Part shown: piece by piece, positions 11,306 to 24,036 of the stretch
Numbering within the stretch: position 1 is the first letter of the stretch
Layout of the letters: the number at the start of each line of letters is the position of its first letter
From: Scyliorhinus canicula
Taxonomy: Eukaryota
DNA length: 64,000 nucleotides
Direction of reading: 5' to 3'
Assembly (NCBI RefSeq): GCF_902713615.1
Contig: NC_052157.1
Coordinates: forward strand, 46,152,553-46,216,552
The notes under the pieces: model-generated
Told to the model about the DNA's origin: nothing
The model's input: the letters and a program-made list of their open reading frames with translations, nothing else
The model's database searches: none
Translations under genes and position numbers: made by a program

Positions 11306-13800
11306 CTTCCACCCTCCAAGTCAGTAGGCACCCCCTCTGCCGTCATCAGCATGGGTCTCCTGCGCCACTTCACTCGAGGCTGAGCTTCTGTCTGCGGTGG
11401 GTCTGGGTCAGGCGGTGTACACTGATTGGCTGGCCGCCCTTTGAAGGCCACCTCTGGAGGGCTATCGCCAGAACCTTGACCCTGGACACAACATCGTCCA
11501 TCTATTCGGACGCCTCTGTGTCCACATACCAGCCAAAGTCATCTTTCTCCTGCTGGTCCGGTCGATAAGTCATGGTCGGATGGGTTCCCTGGCTGAGGAG
11601 GGTTCCTAGAAAGCCGGAGGCATCAACGTCTCTGATTGGGCGCCGTGTAGTGCGGGCTCCCACTTCTCAAGGTGGCCCGCAATCCTTGCGTTGGATTTTT
11701 CCTTCAACCTCGACTCGACGGGAGACTGGTCCCATTCTATCTATTGTGATTCCTGTGAGTCAGAGTGCCCCGCCTCCTCCTGCATGTGTGGGTATTGTCT
11801 CCTGGTTGGGACACCCGACTTGGTGCCCAGCGATCATTGTGCCACCTCTGCCCCTCTTGCTGCACTTCCACTTTCCCACCCAGCTTTGGGAAAGTCAGGC
11901 TTAATCAGGTCCTGAGCCTGTGGCCCTTCAACAATTCCATTGGTTCCACCCCTGTTGTAATGTGCCGCGTAGTCCTGTAATTAAAAAGGAATCTTGCAGT
12001 TGCGTGTCTGTGAAGTCCGTGGTCTGCTTCTTTGTGGACCTCGTGGAGGTTATGACACACACAAACTGCTTATCGACAAATATTTGTTAAGGTTAGTTGG
12101 GAAAGTCTATCTGCGTTCCCAGGAAGATTAGACTGGCGATACTGGATCGCGTATGTGTGTGTGCTGACTAGAGCAATGTCCACCTCTGCATCCTGCTCGC
12201 TGCCATTGATAGAATCCCGGAATGAGGTCCAAGAATCATTGTTAATGGACAATGGTACATCATTAAAGTGAATTTCCTCCCAGACAGGAATGTGTAGAAC
12301 TGTTTTATGCCTAAAATGATTCCAAGAGCTTCTTTCTCTATCTGTGTTTAATTGCTTTTGGCTTTATTCAAAGTCCTGGACATGAAAGCTATCAGCTTCT
12401 CTTTACCTGTGGCCATTATTTGGGAAACAATCTCCCCAACCCCATAAGGTGTAGTGTCACATGGCAGTCGCAGGGGTAAATTTGGATCAAAATGTGTCAG
12501 GAATTCTAACTTGAGTAACCCCTCCTTGGCTTGCACGAATGCCCTCTCACATTGATCCACCCATTTCCACTTTTTATTTTGACACAGTAGATTGTGTAAG
12601 GGTTTTAGTATAGTCGTCAGATTAGGGAAAAACCTTCCGTAATGATTTAGTAAGACTATGAAAGTTTGAAATTGTTTCACATTCTGAGGTACAGGTGCCT
12701 TGGTAATGGCTTTGTCATTCAAAACCGACATAAGCAGTCCTTTGGCATCAAGGACATGACCCAGGTATTCAAGTGAAGGTTGGAAAAATTCCCATTTGTC
12801 TTCTTGGACTCTTAATCCATAATCTTCTAATCTCTGGAGTGTGGTATCTAGGTAGTGGAGATGTTCTTCCTTATTCTTTCCAGTAACCAAGATGTCATTG
12901 AAGTAACACTGGACTCCATCTTATCCGCTTAAAATTTGGTCCATAGCTGATTGAACAATGCTGGCACTGAAGTGATGCTAAATGGCAATCTTTTATATCA
13001 AGATAACCCTTTGTGTGTCTTAAGGGTCACGAACTGTTGTGAATCTGGACTCATGTTCATTTGAAGATATATTTGACTGCCGTCTATTTTACTGAAGTGT
13101 TGCCCAATGAACGAGTCAACAATCAAGGGCATAGGGTACAGGATTAATAGTGACTTTAAAATCGCCACAAATGCATATGAATCTATCTTTTTTCATCACG
13201 GGTACGATTAGTGTGACCCAATCACTCAAGTTAATGGGGTCAAGGACGCACTTTCTGACCAACCATTCTAATTCTGCTTCTACCTTGTGTTTGATTGCGT
13301 ATGGCACTGACTGAGTCTTTAAGCATCTCTCCTGACTTTCTTCATTCATCTTCAGCTTTACTGAGATATCCTTCATGCTTCGTAGCTCACTGTTGAAGGC
13401 ATTGGCATGTTGCTTCTAGGTTTTGGGTAGATTCGGAATGATTCGGAATCTGTCACAAGATTTATTTTGGCTCAATGCAATTTGATATTTTCCAGCCAAG
13501 TTCTTCCCATTAGTGCTGGCTAATTTCCTGTGACTGTATGCAAGGGCAAATCTGCTGTCTGCGCATTTAATTGTACTGTTACATTAATACAGCCGCTCAA
13601 TGGAACCACTTCTCCAGTATAGGTTTTTAACACTATCTTCCAAAGTTGCACAGCAATATGCCGAAACTTTGCTTGATAAACAGTTTGTGATACCAACGAG
13701 GTGACTGCCCTGTGTCCACCTCCATCTTACATCGGCTGACCATCCAGCAATGGAGTGACCCAGTAGTGGTTTGTTTCACCTGCAAAGGGCAGTGCCATTA
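11306..13800 (-). mobile_element. Decayed Gypsy pol fragments (probably two elements)
   Basis: RT/RNaseH peptide 12348-12890 (YLGHVLDAKGL...CDTTPYGVG); 13116-13376 (ICGDFKVTIN); pol 3' end and PPT next to the LTR at ~11305. Confidence 0.8.
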
Positions 13801-13879
13801 ATGCCAGTCCATCTTCAGTCTGTGAATCGAGTTTCTTCTCACGTCTTTTTTGAACCACGTTCCGCTTTTTCCTTTATTC

Positions 13880-14760
13880 GGTTTCCCATTTAATTTATTT
13901 GGCTCACTTGGTTGATGCATGCCAACCTCCGCATCAGAGAAAGCCTTCTCCTGACCTTCGCTGGCTAACTCCAGCGCTCTCTGCTCCGCAGGGGTGTCAG
14001 CCCTGAGGTCTGGATGCCCCTGCAGTCTTCCCGATTGTGGGCTGCCTTTTCCTAGGGGACACATAAAGGGCATGGTGAGGCACATGGAGACGTGATCCAT
14101 GGGGTGTCTGTAGCTGGTGGCATGTGTGCGCAAGGCACCTGGCCAAAGAGGACAAGACAGGTGTTGGAGTTTGGTGGAGGGTGGCATGTAAGGGAGTTGC
14201 TGGCAGATAGATGGATTGTGGTTGGCCTCTCGGGGAGTGGGGAAGGTGATGTGAGGAGTGAGGGACAGGAGTGATGCCAGCAGATCAGAGGTGGTGATTC
14301 ACCCAAGGTGCCCTAAGGAGGTCATTCATCATTTTTCAGGACACTGGTTGCCAGTCTGCCGAGTCAGGCTGGCAGCACTGACTGCCTCTGCCACCTCCTC
14401 CCAGGTCCGGTTCATGATTGCATCCTGCCCACCCTGGGGAAGAGGGTGACCCTCCTCTCCTCCACCATGTCGAGCATCCTATTCAGATCTGAGTCCAGGA
14501 ACTCGAGGGACTGCTCACCGTGTAGCCATCTTCTTGGCTGAATGAGAGAGTGTGGGGAGTGAAGTGCTCAAAAGTAGGTCCTGTTTGTAAAGTGCTAATT
14601 CCAGCCCCAGCGATTCCCATGCTGGTGGGAATGGGACTTGCTCACGATTCACGTGGGCAGAGTGCTGGCCCATTGCTCCCCGAATAGCCGAATACACGGC
14701 CCGCACACAATTCAGTCCTAGTGGCAACACTTAGTCTCCCAAACGGAGAGTCCCTTTAAG
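13880..14760 (-). mobile_element. Decayed Myb/SANT-encoding element (PIF/Harbinger-like)
   Basis: Minus strand reads DLNRMLDMVEERRVTLFP...WEEVAEAVSAASLTRQTGNQC; second exon ...TPAEQRALELA. Confidence 0.65.
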
Positions 14761-16056
14761 CTGAGATGTAAAATCATGCCGTCTCTCTCAGAAAGATATA
14801 AAAGATTCTGTACTCTTAGATGAGCAGAAGAGTTCTCCACTCCTGACCTTATAAGGGAGAGAAGGTCATTGAGGAAGTAACTGAAGATAGCTGCACCTAG
14901 GATACTACCCTGAGGAACTCCAGAACACATGGAGAACACTCCTGCTCTTCTTCTGGAATCCTGCAATTCCCTCCCCAAATGCACTGTGGATGTACCTACA
15001 TCTTTAAAATTACAAGAAGGTGGCTCAGCGCCATCTTTACAAGGACAAATGAGTAATAAATACTGACCTTGGCAGAAACATTCACATCTAAAGGACGAAT
15101 AATAAAAATGCCACTCCATTCACTGAAGCTAGAATTGATTTTCTTTTAGCTGATAGTCCACCATATATTTCTCTGTCAGCTACAGCATGAATGGTGCACA
15201 ATGCACTTACCTGGTAGCGGTTGTAACATTGACAACTTAATAAGGGGCCTACAGCACCCATTGGCTCAACATTTTCAACACTGAGGTGGTGTGGAGAAGT
15301 GATGATAAAAGCAAATCGAAGGTTGGCTGATAGCTGGTATGTAATTTTCCAGATGTTGAACTGAGACTTCATATTCCGCTGCTCACTCCTCACTCAGAAT
15401 ACACAAGGGCAAACAAAATAAATGATACACATCCAAGATCCACCTAGTTCATTTCCTACCATTTTGGTAGTTACATGCTAGAACAATAGTGTGGTTGTTT
15501 TCTAATAATCTCTATCAATGAGTCTACCTCTGATGAATGCAGAAATTGTGATATTATATTTTAAATCTGCTGCAGTAATGTTAGTAAAAGTGTGGGTAAA
15601 GGCATATGTTTGTTGCAGTAATATTATTAAAGAAGCTAGATTTATGTAACCAGACTGTGTGTCTGCTGTAAATAAGAAGCTGTAAAAGAGAGGTCATGAT
15701 TGTTTATAACAATTTACTCGTTTACACATATAGGGCTAATGGAACATTGTTATGATTGTTGGAAATTCCCTTTGAGTAGATAATTCATAAGGTTTTGTAT
15801 TTAGTCCTAGCTCAGCAGGTCATGTGACATCTTAGTGTGATGCAGATGATGTAATTAATGGGAGGAGTCAGGTCTGTCTGTAGTTTTGCAGTTTTGCCAT
15901 AGGATTTGAGTCTGATAAGTTAGAAGTTGAACAGCAGTTTTGCCAAATTCTGCTAGATTAACCAGAAGTGTACTGGCTTTGTTCCTGAAAGGGACTCTTT
16001 CCAAGGTTTTCTACACAGCTGAGCAAATAATCTGCTTGTTAACTTTATTTACAATG

Positions 16057-16361
16057 ATAATAATCTTCATTGTCACAAGTAAGCTGACATTAACTCCGCA
16101 ATGAAGTGACTGTTAAAAGCCCCCAGTCGCCACATTCCGGCGCCTGTACAGGTACACGGAGGGAGAATTCAGAATGTCCAAATTACCTAACAGCACGTCT
16201 TTCAGGACTCGTGGAAGGAAACCGGAGCCCCCGGAGGAAACCCACGCAGACACAGGGAGAATGTGCAGACTCCGCACAGACAGTGACCCAAGTCGGTAAT
16301 CAAATCTGGGACCCTGGCGCTGTGAAGCAACAGTGCTACCCACTGTGCTACCGTGCCGCCC
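16057..16361 (-). mobile_element. HE1-head SINE with alternative (L2-like) tail
   Basis: Same tRNA head and body as 10722 but tail GGCGCCGGAATGTGGCGACT...GTGACAATGAAGATTATT. Confidence 0.85.
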
Positions 16362-17154
16362 GTTGCAACTTTGCCACCCATAAAATTACATTTGAACTGG
16401 ATTGGGTGCTTAATTTGAATTAGTTTTTTCTTTCACTTAAGAACTGTTTAACTGATTGTGAAGCTATTTATTTGATGTTAATGTGGTTAATTTTGTGTTT
16501 AAGTTAAAGTTTATTGTAACAGAGTCATTTTGGGATGAAGTATCCTTTACTCACAGGTCTACAAATTGAAAAGATTGTTTGGGGTTCTTGTCTAGTATCC
16601 TAACAAATCTTGGGATTTGTCCAGTATCTTAACACTACAACACACCCAAACATGGGGGCGAGGAAAACTCTGGTGATGGAGGGCCAATAGTGAACCATAG
16701 ATCCAAGGTCACCTGTTCCTCCTGAGCACGATACACTGAATACCAATCGTGTTTCAAATCACACATCGCACATATTATTCTGCCAAAGAATTTGTCCTGT
16801 GCGTCCAGGGCAGATCAATAAGCATCATCTCGACTTTAAAGGGAATAAGTGATGAGGAAACATAAGAAAACCTTAAGCTGTGCAGTCTGATGAGAAGGCC
16901 ACTTTGGGAGACTTCATCAAAGGGTAAAATGAACCGTGTGGCGTTTCCCGTGCAAAACACAGCACAATGAGAGCACGGACTGGCAACTCAAAGATCAACA
17001 CACCAAATCTGCAGCCTTCACAATTCTGGGGTCCGTTATATTCTACGCGTCACTGATCCCTGTGGCTAAATTCCCACAATACCCCTCCTCATTCTTGGGT
17101 TGTGTGCGACACTGGCTTGCCCCCTTGGTGGCGTGTTAGGCAATTTCATTGTTG

Positions 17155-17430
17155 GGGCAGTTACGAGTCAACCACAACGCTCTGTGGGTCTGGAGTCACA
17201 TGTAGACCAGGGCCGGCTGATTTCTTTCCCTGAAGTATATTAGTGAACCAGTGAAGTACATTAGCGACAATCGGCAATGGTTTTATGATCATCATTCGGC
17301 TTTTAATTCCAGATACTTATTGAATTCAAATTTCACCATCTGCTGTGGTGGGATTTGAACCTGGGACCCCAGAGCATTATCCTGGGTCTCTGGGTTAATA
17401 ATCCAGTGACAATACAACTTCACCACATCT
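17155..17430 (-). mobile_element. tRNA-derived short element matching the leader of the 25586 LINE
   Basis: Reverse strand TATTGTCACTGGA...CCAGGTTCAAATCCCACC...GTGACTCCAGACCCACAG, collinear with 25586-25692 plus 26813-27010. Confidence 0.75.
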
Positions 17431-18739
17431 CCACATGAAAGGACCTGCTCAGAAAGAAGCCTTACCTCGTTTAAGTGTAAAGTGACATATAGATAACTGA
17501 AGTTGGTGATTCATGTTCTTGGTGCAGAAAACATAAATTGGTGAAACGTTAAAACAGATCTCAGAAAAAGTATCCCTTTATTCTTGGGTTAATTGAATAG
17601 GAGTAAAGCAGGTGAAATAGTAGGGTATTGAAAATATGGGTGCTCGGCCGCGTCGATCACAATAACAGTGATGCTTGCTTAACAGGGCTGAACATTTTTT
17701 CTAATTTTCTTAATTTGGATTTGTTTCTCATAAATTAATAAATTTAATTCATAACAAAATTTGGTAAAAGTTACCACCACTTATATTCAGAGGAAAGAAA
17801 TAATAAAATTGGGAAATAAGAATACTGCTTTTTCCTTCTGGATGATGTGAGTCCTTTCTGACCTCTTAAGAGATAGACTTTACCGCAACGTTCTGACAAG
17901 TGATTTTACTTATTGAATTGCAGTCAACAAGCAACATTAATTTTACCAAATGCTACTGAGCTTCCCGTTAATACTGGGTGGCAGGCCCATTTTATTAAGG
18001 TCACATGCCAAAAGACTTTAAAGGCACAGCATAAAAAAATGTATGACGACAAAAGTCCCTGTCACAAACGCAAAATATTGTGGATTCTGCTTATTTAAAA
18101 TAAAATGTTTAAAATAAAAGCAGAAATTGCTGGGAAACTTCGGCAGGTGTGGCCGTATTTGTGGAGAAAGAAACAGTGTTAAGGGCCATAATTTCTGAGC
18201 TCCCCAGCATTGGATTTGGGGGGTACCGCAAAACTGCCGCTTCCGATGCTATGCTGCAGTCCCCCGCTGGTGGCGTTATCAAATTTTTCACCCCATGTTG
18301 ATGGGTCCATGCAAAACCGTCATTTGCACAGATTTAAATATCATTAGCAATTTGGACATTTCATTCTCCATCTTCTGCGATGCCCTGCGCACTCTTAGGT
18401 GGACGTCTCGCGGGGACAAATTGGTGCAAGTATTTACAAGCAGGGTCTGGGCGCATGGCGGCCGAGGGAAGGAAGTGGCTAAAAAACTCAAAAAGCCTCA
18501 AAGCTACAGGGCTTGCTGGGAGGTGGCTGCCCAGCAGGGGGCAGTAGCGGGGAACAACTTGGTGCCAAGTCTGTGGTGTCCCTTTCGGGATTGGGGTGGC
18601 CTGGTTCTGACCACCACTGTTGGAGTATGTGGATTAAATGCACCCCTTTTGTGCTGCTTACAGGTCCTGGCTGTTCACATTGCTGAGCACTGCTGGAGTC
18701 CTTTGAATGCTCAGAGAGCCTCTGGTCATCTGGAAACCG

Positions 18740-19692
18740 ACCCAGGCTGCCCCTCTGGATACCATCATACACCAGTTGTAACAACACCAAATACCTGCAG
18801 AAGGAAGTCTAATAATATTGAAAAATTACAGACCTGCGCTTTGAGCCTGAGATCTGCAATAAAGCAGTCAAGTGTTTCACTTGTTTTCCGGACTCTTCTG
18901 GAAAATATATCTTCCAAAAGTTTCATTTATCTGAAACTCACAATGCCTGTCAAACATTTTGATAACTTTACTATATTTCTTTGAGTCATCCTCATTCTCA
19001 AAATGGAATGAGTTGAAAATCTCTAGGGTTTGCGATCCAGGCATTGTTAAAAACAATGCAATTTTTTGCTGGTCTCTGGCCACTTTGTGGTCTAAGGCTG
19101 AGATATATAATTCAAACTGCTGTTTGAAATTTTTCCAGTTAACATCAACATTACCCGATGTCCGGAATTGCTTTGGATTCTGCAAACCCTCCATTTCTCT
19201 TTCACTGGGCAGGTTTCTTCCGGCGTTCTGGCATCCGTGAGGTAGTTGCGATCGGAGCCTGGTTGAGTTTTCTTTTCTTCTGTCTTTGCAAGTTTTTTTC
19301 GCACGGATATTTTTTTCTCTCACTAAACCTTTCTATATCACCTTAGCAACCAATACTGGTACCATGTGATGTTCTCTGTTTTCTTTGTAATGATGGCTTG
19401 GATGTGTAGTGTTCAACAAAGAACATCAAGCTATGTTAATTAACAAAGCTGATTTATCAACACTACTTTAAAATAGATTCAAATGTATTCCTAAGTACAA
19501 AGGTTCCTAAAATAAACTATGCTGTAACTATATCTACAGAGCTCTCAAATACACAAGTCTCTCACGCCTAAACGCCTTTGCCCCGAATCAAGGGTTGTCA
19601 CGTGCTCCTACATGACTGCTCTTGAGCACCTCTTGGTGGTGAGCTGTATTTACATTAAATTGTTAATTCTTCATTCCCCATACAATATCACA
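18740..19692 (-). mobile_element. 5' part of a Gypsy element: LTR 19365-19692, PBS, gag fragment
   Basis: LTR termini TGTGATGTT...AATATCACA; PBS TGGTACCAG at 19356-19364; gag NWKNFKQQFELYISAL (18877-19323), homologous to 4411-5055. Confidence 0.85.
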
Positions 19693-19699
19693 TTGTTAC

Positions 19700-19960
19700 A
19701 GACACCTGCACTGTGGTCTTTGGAGCCCTCTCTGGTTCTGTGCCCTTCTCAGGACCGAGGCCTCACCAGTGACTCCTACCCCTCAGGATCATGAGCTGTC
19801 TCATCCCGGTGAGGCTGGCAGCACTGACTGCCTCAGCCAACAATTCTCACCCGTTAGTCACGCGGCGAGGGTGTCCCTCCTCTCCTCGCTAGCATGGAGC
19901 TGTGGGTCCACCTCAGTCTCCCGAACCTGGGGATAGGTCTTCTCTGAGCAATCTTCGTGG
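19700..19960 (-). mobile_element. Truncated Myb/SANT element fragment
   Basis: Shares GAGGCTGGCAGCACTGACTGCCTC and CCCTCCTCTCCTC blocks with 14360-14470. Confidence 0.55.
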
Positions 19961-20264
19961 TTGCAGTGAGTGTGTGGAAAGTGGACACCAGCTGCCAGGC
20001 TCTTTAGCACTAATTATGGCCCAGCGGTTTCAACACCGGAAAATGGGGTGAGGGGCTTTGCGTCTGTGAGGCATTCAAGCAACTTTAAATATTGTGAAGA
20101 CCCATTAAGGAGGCAACTACAGCTACAGCCTGAGTGTCCTATCAAACTCTCTCAGGATACAGCTATGCTGCAGCTTCTCTCATGACCTGACCTCCACATG
20201 ATGGACATCAACAGCTGTGTTGCTCACCAGATAGTACCCCCGAAACCTGTGCACTGATGTCTTC

Positions 20265-20648
20265 TGAAGTGTTGGCTAGTGTAGACTTGAGAGATGAACA
20301 GACACTTCCAACACTGATGAAGGTTCAACTCAATTTTATTAACTACTTCTAACTAACTAACACACGATGACTGTGGGTCTAAATGATGCTAACTTAAACG
20401 AGAGACCTAAGCCTAGTCTGAACCAGTTGATTCTCTCAGCACGTGGTGTGAGTCTGTGCTGGGCTGAATAAGTTCCTGTTACACTGCGAGGCAGCACCCA
20501 GAATCAGCAGGAACCGTGGTGCCCCCTGCCTTTGTTGTGTGTGTATTCTAACTGGTGATTGGCTGCGGTGTTTGTACATGTTGATTGGTCCCTGTGTGTG
20601 TCCATCAGTGTGTCTCTGCACCATGATATACTGGTGTATATTATGACA
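20265..20648 (-). mobile_element. Solo LTR of the same family as 296-5524
   Basis: Near-identical to 296-680; 5-bp TSD TCTTC (20260-20264 / 20649-20653). Confidence 0.95.
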
Positions 20649-21215
20649 TCTTCCACTGAGATGTGTGTCTCTGCTCGGTGGAAGGTGCGGGTGAAAGCCG
20701 TGACTCACCAAAGTGGTCTCTTGGGTGGTCGGGGGTGTGGGGGGGGGGAGGGGGGGGGGGGTATGTCTCAGGATGGCCCGACTCAATCAGATGGCAATCC
20801 TGTAAGACAATGGACATGTGGTCAGTGACAGGGAAAGGTTAATTTTGTGGGACATCAATAACTCACTTGAGACAGTTTACCGGGTGAAGGGACAGTGGCT
20901 CTCACTTCTCTGGTGCAGGCCCTTCGTGCTGTCGGTCACTGCTCTCTCCTCAGGCAACCCCACATTCTCCAACACTCTTTCCTCGTCGGGGATGAGGACT
21001 CGGATCTCTGAGATTCCTCCCCCACCCCCGTCTTCACCCTTTCCCCATTATTAATGTTACATTCTCCTGCGGGAACAAAGAGAGGACATTGTAAGTCTCA
21101 TGCTTGATGGGTCAGGGAAGTCTATAGCAGGTGGAATGTGTAGGCACCGCACATAGCCATGAAGGGGATGTTCTGGTGGATGCAAGGGTTTCTCAGGAAC
21201 AAGCTTGAAGAGCAG

Positions 21216-21908
21216 GGGCGGGATTCTCCCCTACCCGGCGGGGAGGGGGGTCCCGGCATAGCGGAGTGGCGCCGACCATTCCGGCGTCGGGCCTCCCCAA
21301 AGGTGCGGAATTCTCCGCACCTTTAGGGGCCAAGCCCTCACATTGAGGGGCTAGGCCCGTGCCGGAGCGGTTGGCACCACGCCGACTGGCGCCAAAACCA
21401 GCAACAACAGCCTTTGACACCCGCCGCCTGGTGCCGGGGCTGGCCGAAAGGATTTCTCCGGTTCGCGTCAGCTGCCGCTGACGTCACCACCGGCACATGC
21501 ATGCTGGGGGATTCTCTTCCGCCTCCGCCATGGTGGAAGCCGTGGCGGCAGCGGAAGAAAAAGAGTGCCCCCACGGCACTGACCTGCCCATCGATCGGTG
21601 GGCCCCGATCGCGGGCCTGGCCACCATGGGGGCACCCCTGGGGTCCGATCACCCCGCGCCCCCCCAGGACCCCGGGGGCCCGCAAGCGCCGCCGATCCCG
21701 CCGCCACCAGAGGTGGTTCAAACCATGGCAGCGGGAGAGGCCTCCCAGCGGCGAGTCTTCGGCCCATCGTGGGCCGGAGAATCGCCGCAGGGGGCTCGCC
21801 GATCGGTGGGGCATGATTCCCGCGGAGAATTTCTGCCACGGCGGGGGTGGGATTTGCAGCGGCCCCGGGCGATTCTCCGACCCTGCGGGGGGTCGGTGAA
21901 TTTCGCCC
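21216..21908. mobile_element. GC-rich MITE, PIF/Harbinger-like
   Basis: Imperfect TIR GGGCGGGATTCTCC / GGTGAATTTCGCCC; 3-bp TSD CAG. Confidence 0.82.
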
Positions 21909-22489
21909 CAGATGTTGGAAGGGTGTGAGGTGTCAGCCAGTGGACTGGGGGAGAAGAGGGGGAATTTGGGAGAAAGAACTGATGCCAGGAAAGATTTGTG
22001 CAACTCGTTGGAGGTCATTCACCTTCCGACATTGGATAGCGGTCCTCCTGGTCACGTTGCCCACACTCATTGCAGCTGTCACTGCCTCCCAGGCGGCTCT
22101 GCTGATCCTGCTGCTACTTCTCCGACCCCCTTGGGGGAACAGGATGCCCCGCCTCTCATCCACTACGTCGGGAAGCTTGGCCAGGATAGGCATCCCCAAA
22201 GCGAGGAGCAGGTCTGCGTGTTGCCATCTTCATTTCTTGACCGTAAGTGAGTGCTGCGGGAGTGTTTAATAGCTGCTGCCCCTCGTTGGCAGCGAGCAGC
22301 TGAAGCACGAGTGTGGTCAATCAGACGGTGACAGAGCCAGGCATGATGGGATTCATGTGGAGACTCATTTGATGTACCAAGTGCGGGATGAATGAAGGCC
22401 ACGATCTCACCATCACAGCCGACGCAAAACAACCCGCCAAACTCGCCCAAAATGACACTGAGAATTTCTGGGGGTGAATTCCGCCCTTA

Positions 22490-22660
22490 GGGCTGGATTC
22501 TCCGCCGGCGGGATGCTCCGTTTTGCCGGCAGCCTAGGGTTTTCCCGACGGTGTAGGCCAGCCCAACAATGGGAAACCCAATTGACCAGCCTGCGTAACA
22601 GAGCGTCCCACCGGTGGGGTGAAACAGAAAGGTGGCGCGGCGTGGCGGAGAATCCAGCCC
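22490..22660. mobile_element. 171-bp MITE, PIF/Harbinger-like
   Basis: 17-bp perfect TIR GGGCTGGATTCTCCGCC; 3-bp TSD TTA. Confidence 0.88.
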
Positions 22661-23183
22661 TTAGTCTGCCAAACAGAGAATCCCGCCCAGTTTCTGTTCA
22701 CTCTCACTCTCACTACAGCTGCTGCCCCAATGGCTGACATTTGCCAGCATTTTCAGTTTTGTTTTAAGAGTGTTTGACAGGTAAGTTTGGAATGAATCTG
22801 CTGGTTAATTACATACAGGGATGCTCGTCATAGTCTTGGATAAACGATCAGGAGGACACGCCGCAGGACCAACGTCTTCCATAACCATGGCAACAGTGTC
22901 TCATCTCCACTGGATCTTCTTCTTTCTCTTCCCTCACCGAGTGTTCCCCTGAGGCAGATTTGTGTCTCTTTCCATATCTAGTCATTCCCGGAACAGGTCG
23001 CAAGGGGCTTATGGCTTGAGGGGCGCCACTCCACATCAAGCGTAGCTGACTGGGAGTCTCTCCCGCTCTTACCGTCAGCCATTATCACATTGGAAGGATT
23101 TTGACCGCATGGTGAATGCACCTTCCTTGGCCATCAAATCCTGGAGTGGGACGTGAACCCGGAGCTGCTGGCTCAGAGTCACG

Positions 23184-24036
23184 GGGCGGAATTCTCCGCT
23201 CCCCACGCCGGGTGGGAGAATTGCGGGAGGGCCGGCGACTCACGACACACCCCCCTGGCGCCCCCCGCGATTACCCCACCCCCGCTCGGAAGAATCGCTG
23301 CTCGCCATTTTTCATGGCGACCGGCGATTCTCCCGCCCGGATGGGCCAAACGGCCTGACGTTCCCGACCGGTTCACGACGGCGGCAACCACATTTGGTCG
23401 AAGCCGTCGTGAACATGGACGCCAAATGCTGGTTGAAAAATGAAAATCGCTTATTGTCACGAGTAGGCTTCAATGAAGTTACTATGAAAAGCCCCTAGTT
23501 GCCACATTCCGGCGCCTGTTCGGGGAGGCTGGTACGGGAATGAGGCTTGTGGGGGGTAGAGAGGGGAGTGAGCACCATGGCCGTGCTCGAGAGGGGACTG
23601 TGCCCACCGATCGTCGGACCGGCATCTCAAAATGACGCACACTTTCCCCTCTGCCGCCCCGCAAGATCAAGCCGCCACGTCTTGCGGGGCAGTGGAGGGG
23701 AAGACGGCAACCGCGCATGCGCGGGTTTGAGCCGTCAGCCGTCGTGACGTCAGCCGCACACGCGCGGGTTTGAGCCATCAGCCGTGTGACGTCAGCCGCG
23801 CATGCCCAGCCTGCGCATGTGCGACTAACGTCACTTAGGCGCTGCCGTCACGTCATTCTTGGCGCGCCGCCTTGTGCAAGCGTCAAGGCCCAGCAGCTGA
23901 GAGTTACGGAGCGTCGCTCCTAGCCCCCCGGGTGGGGGTGAATAAGGTGAGAGGAGCGGCCTCCGAGGCCGTCGTGAAACTTGGCCGAGTTCACGACGGC
24001 CTTCCCGATTTATCGCGGGAGCGGAGAATTCCGCCC
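23184..24036. mobile_element. GC-rich MITE, PIF/Harbinger-like, containing a SINE tail fragment (~23436-23540)
   Basis: 20-bp perfect TIR GGGCGGAATTCTCCGCTCCC; 3-bp TSD ACG; splits a minus-strand tRNA-like head. Confidence 0.88.

Larger units (their letters stand above)
20130..22486 (-). mobile_element. Decayed intron-containing Myb/SANT element (PIF/Harbinger-like) with nested insertions
   Basis: ORF 21933-22199 (LAKLPDVVDERRGILFP...AAWEAVTAAMS...RRTAIQCRKVNDL); acceptor-flanked second exon ~20880-21066; TIR GTGAATTCCGCCC ending 22486; left end approximate. Confidence 0.7.

Noticed and set aside
15547-16636. Possible solo LTRs (also ~42001-42262, ~58843-59640, ~60243-61385)
   Set aside because: LTR-like ends but no matching TSD or partner in the window, so boundaries cannot be supported
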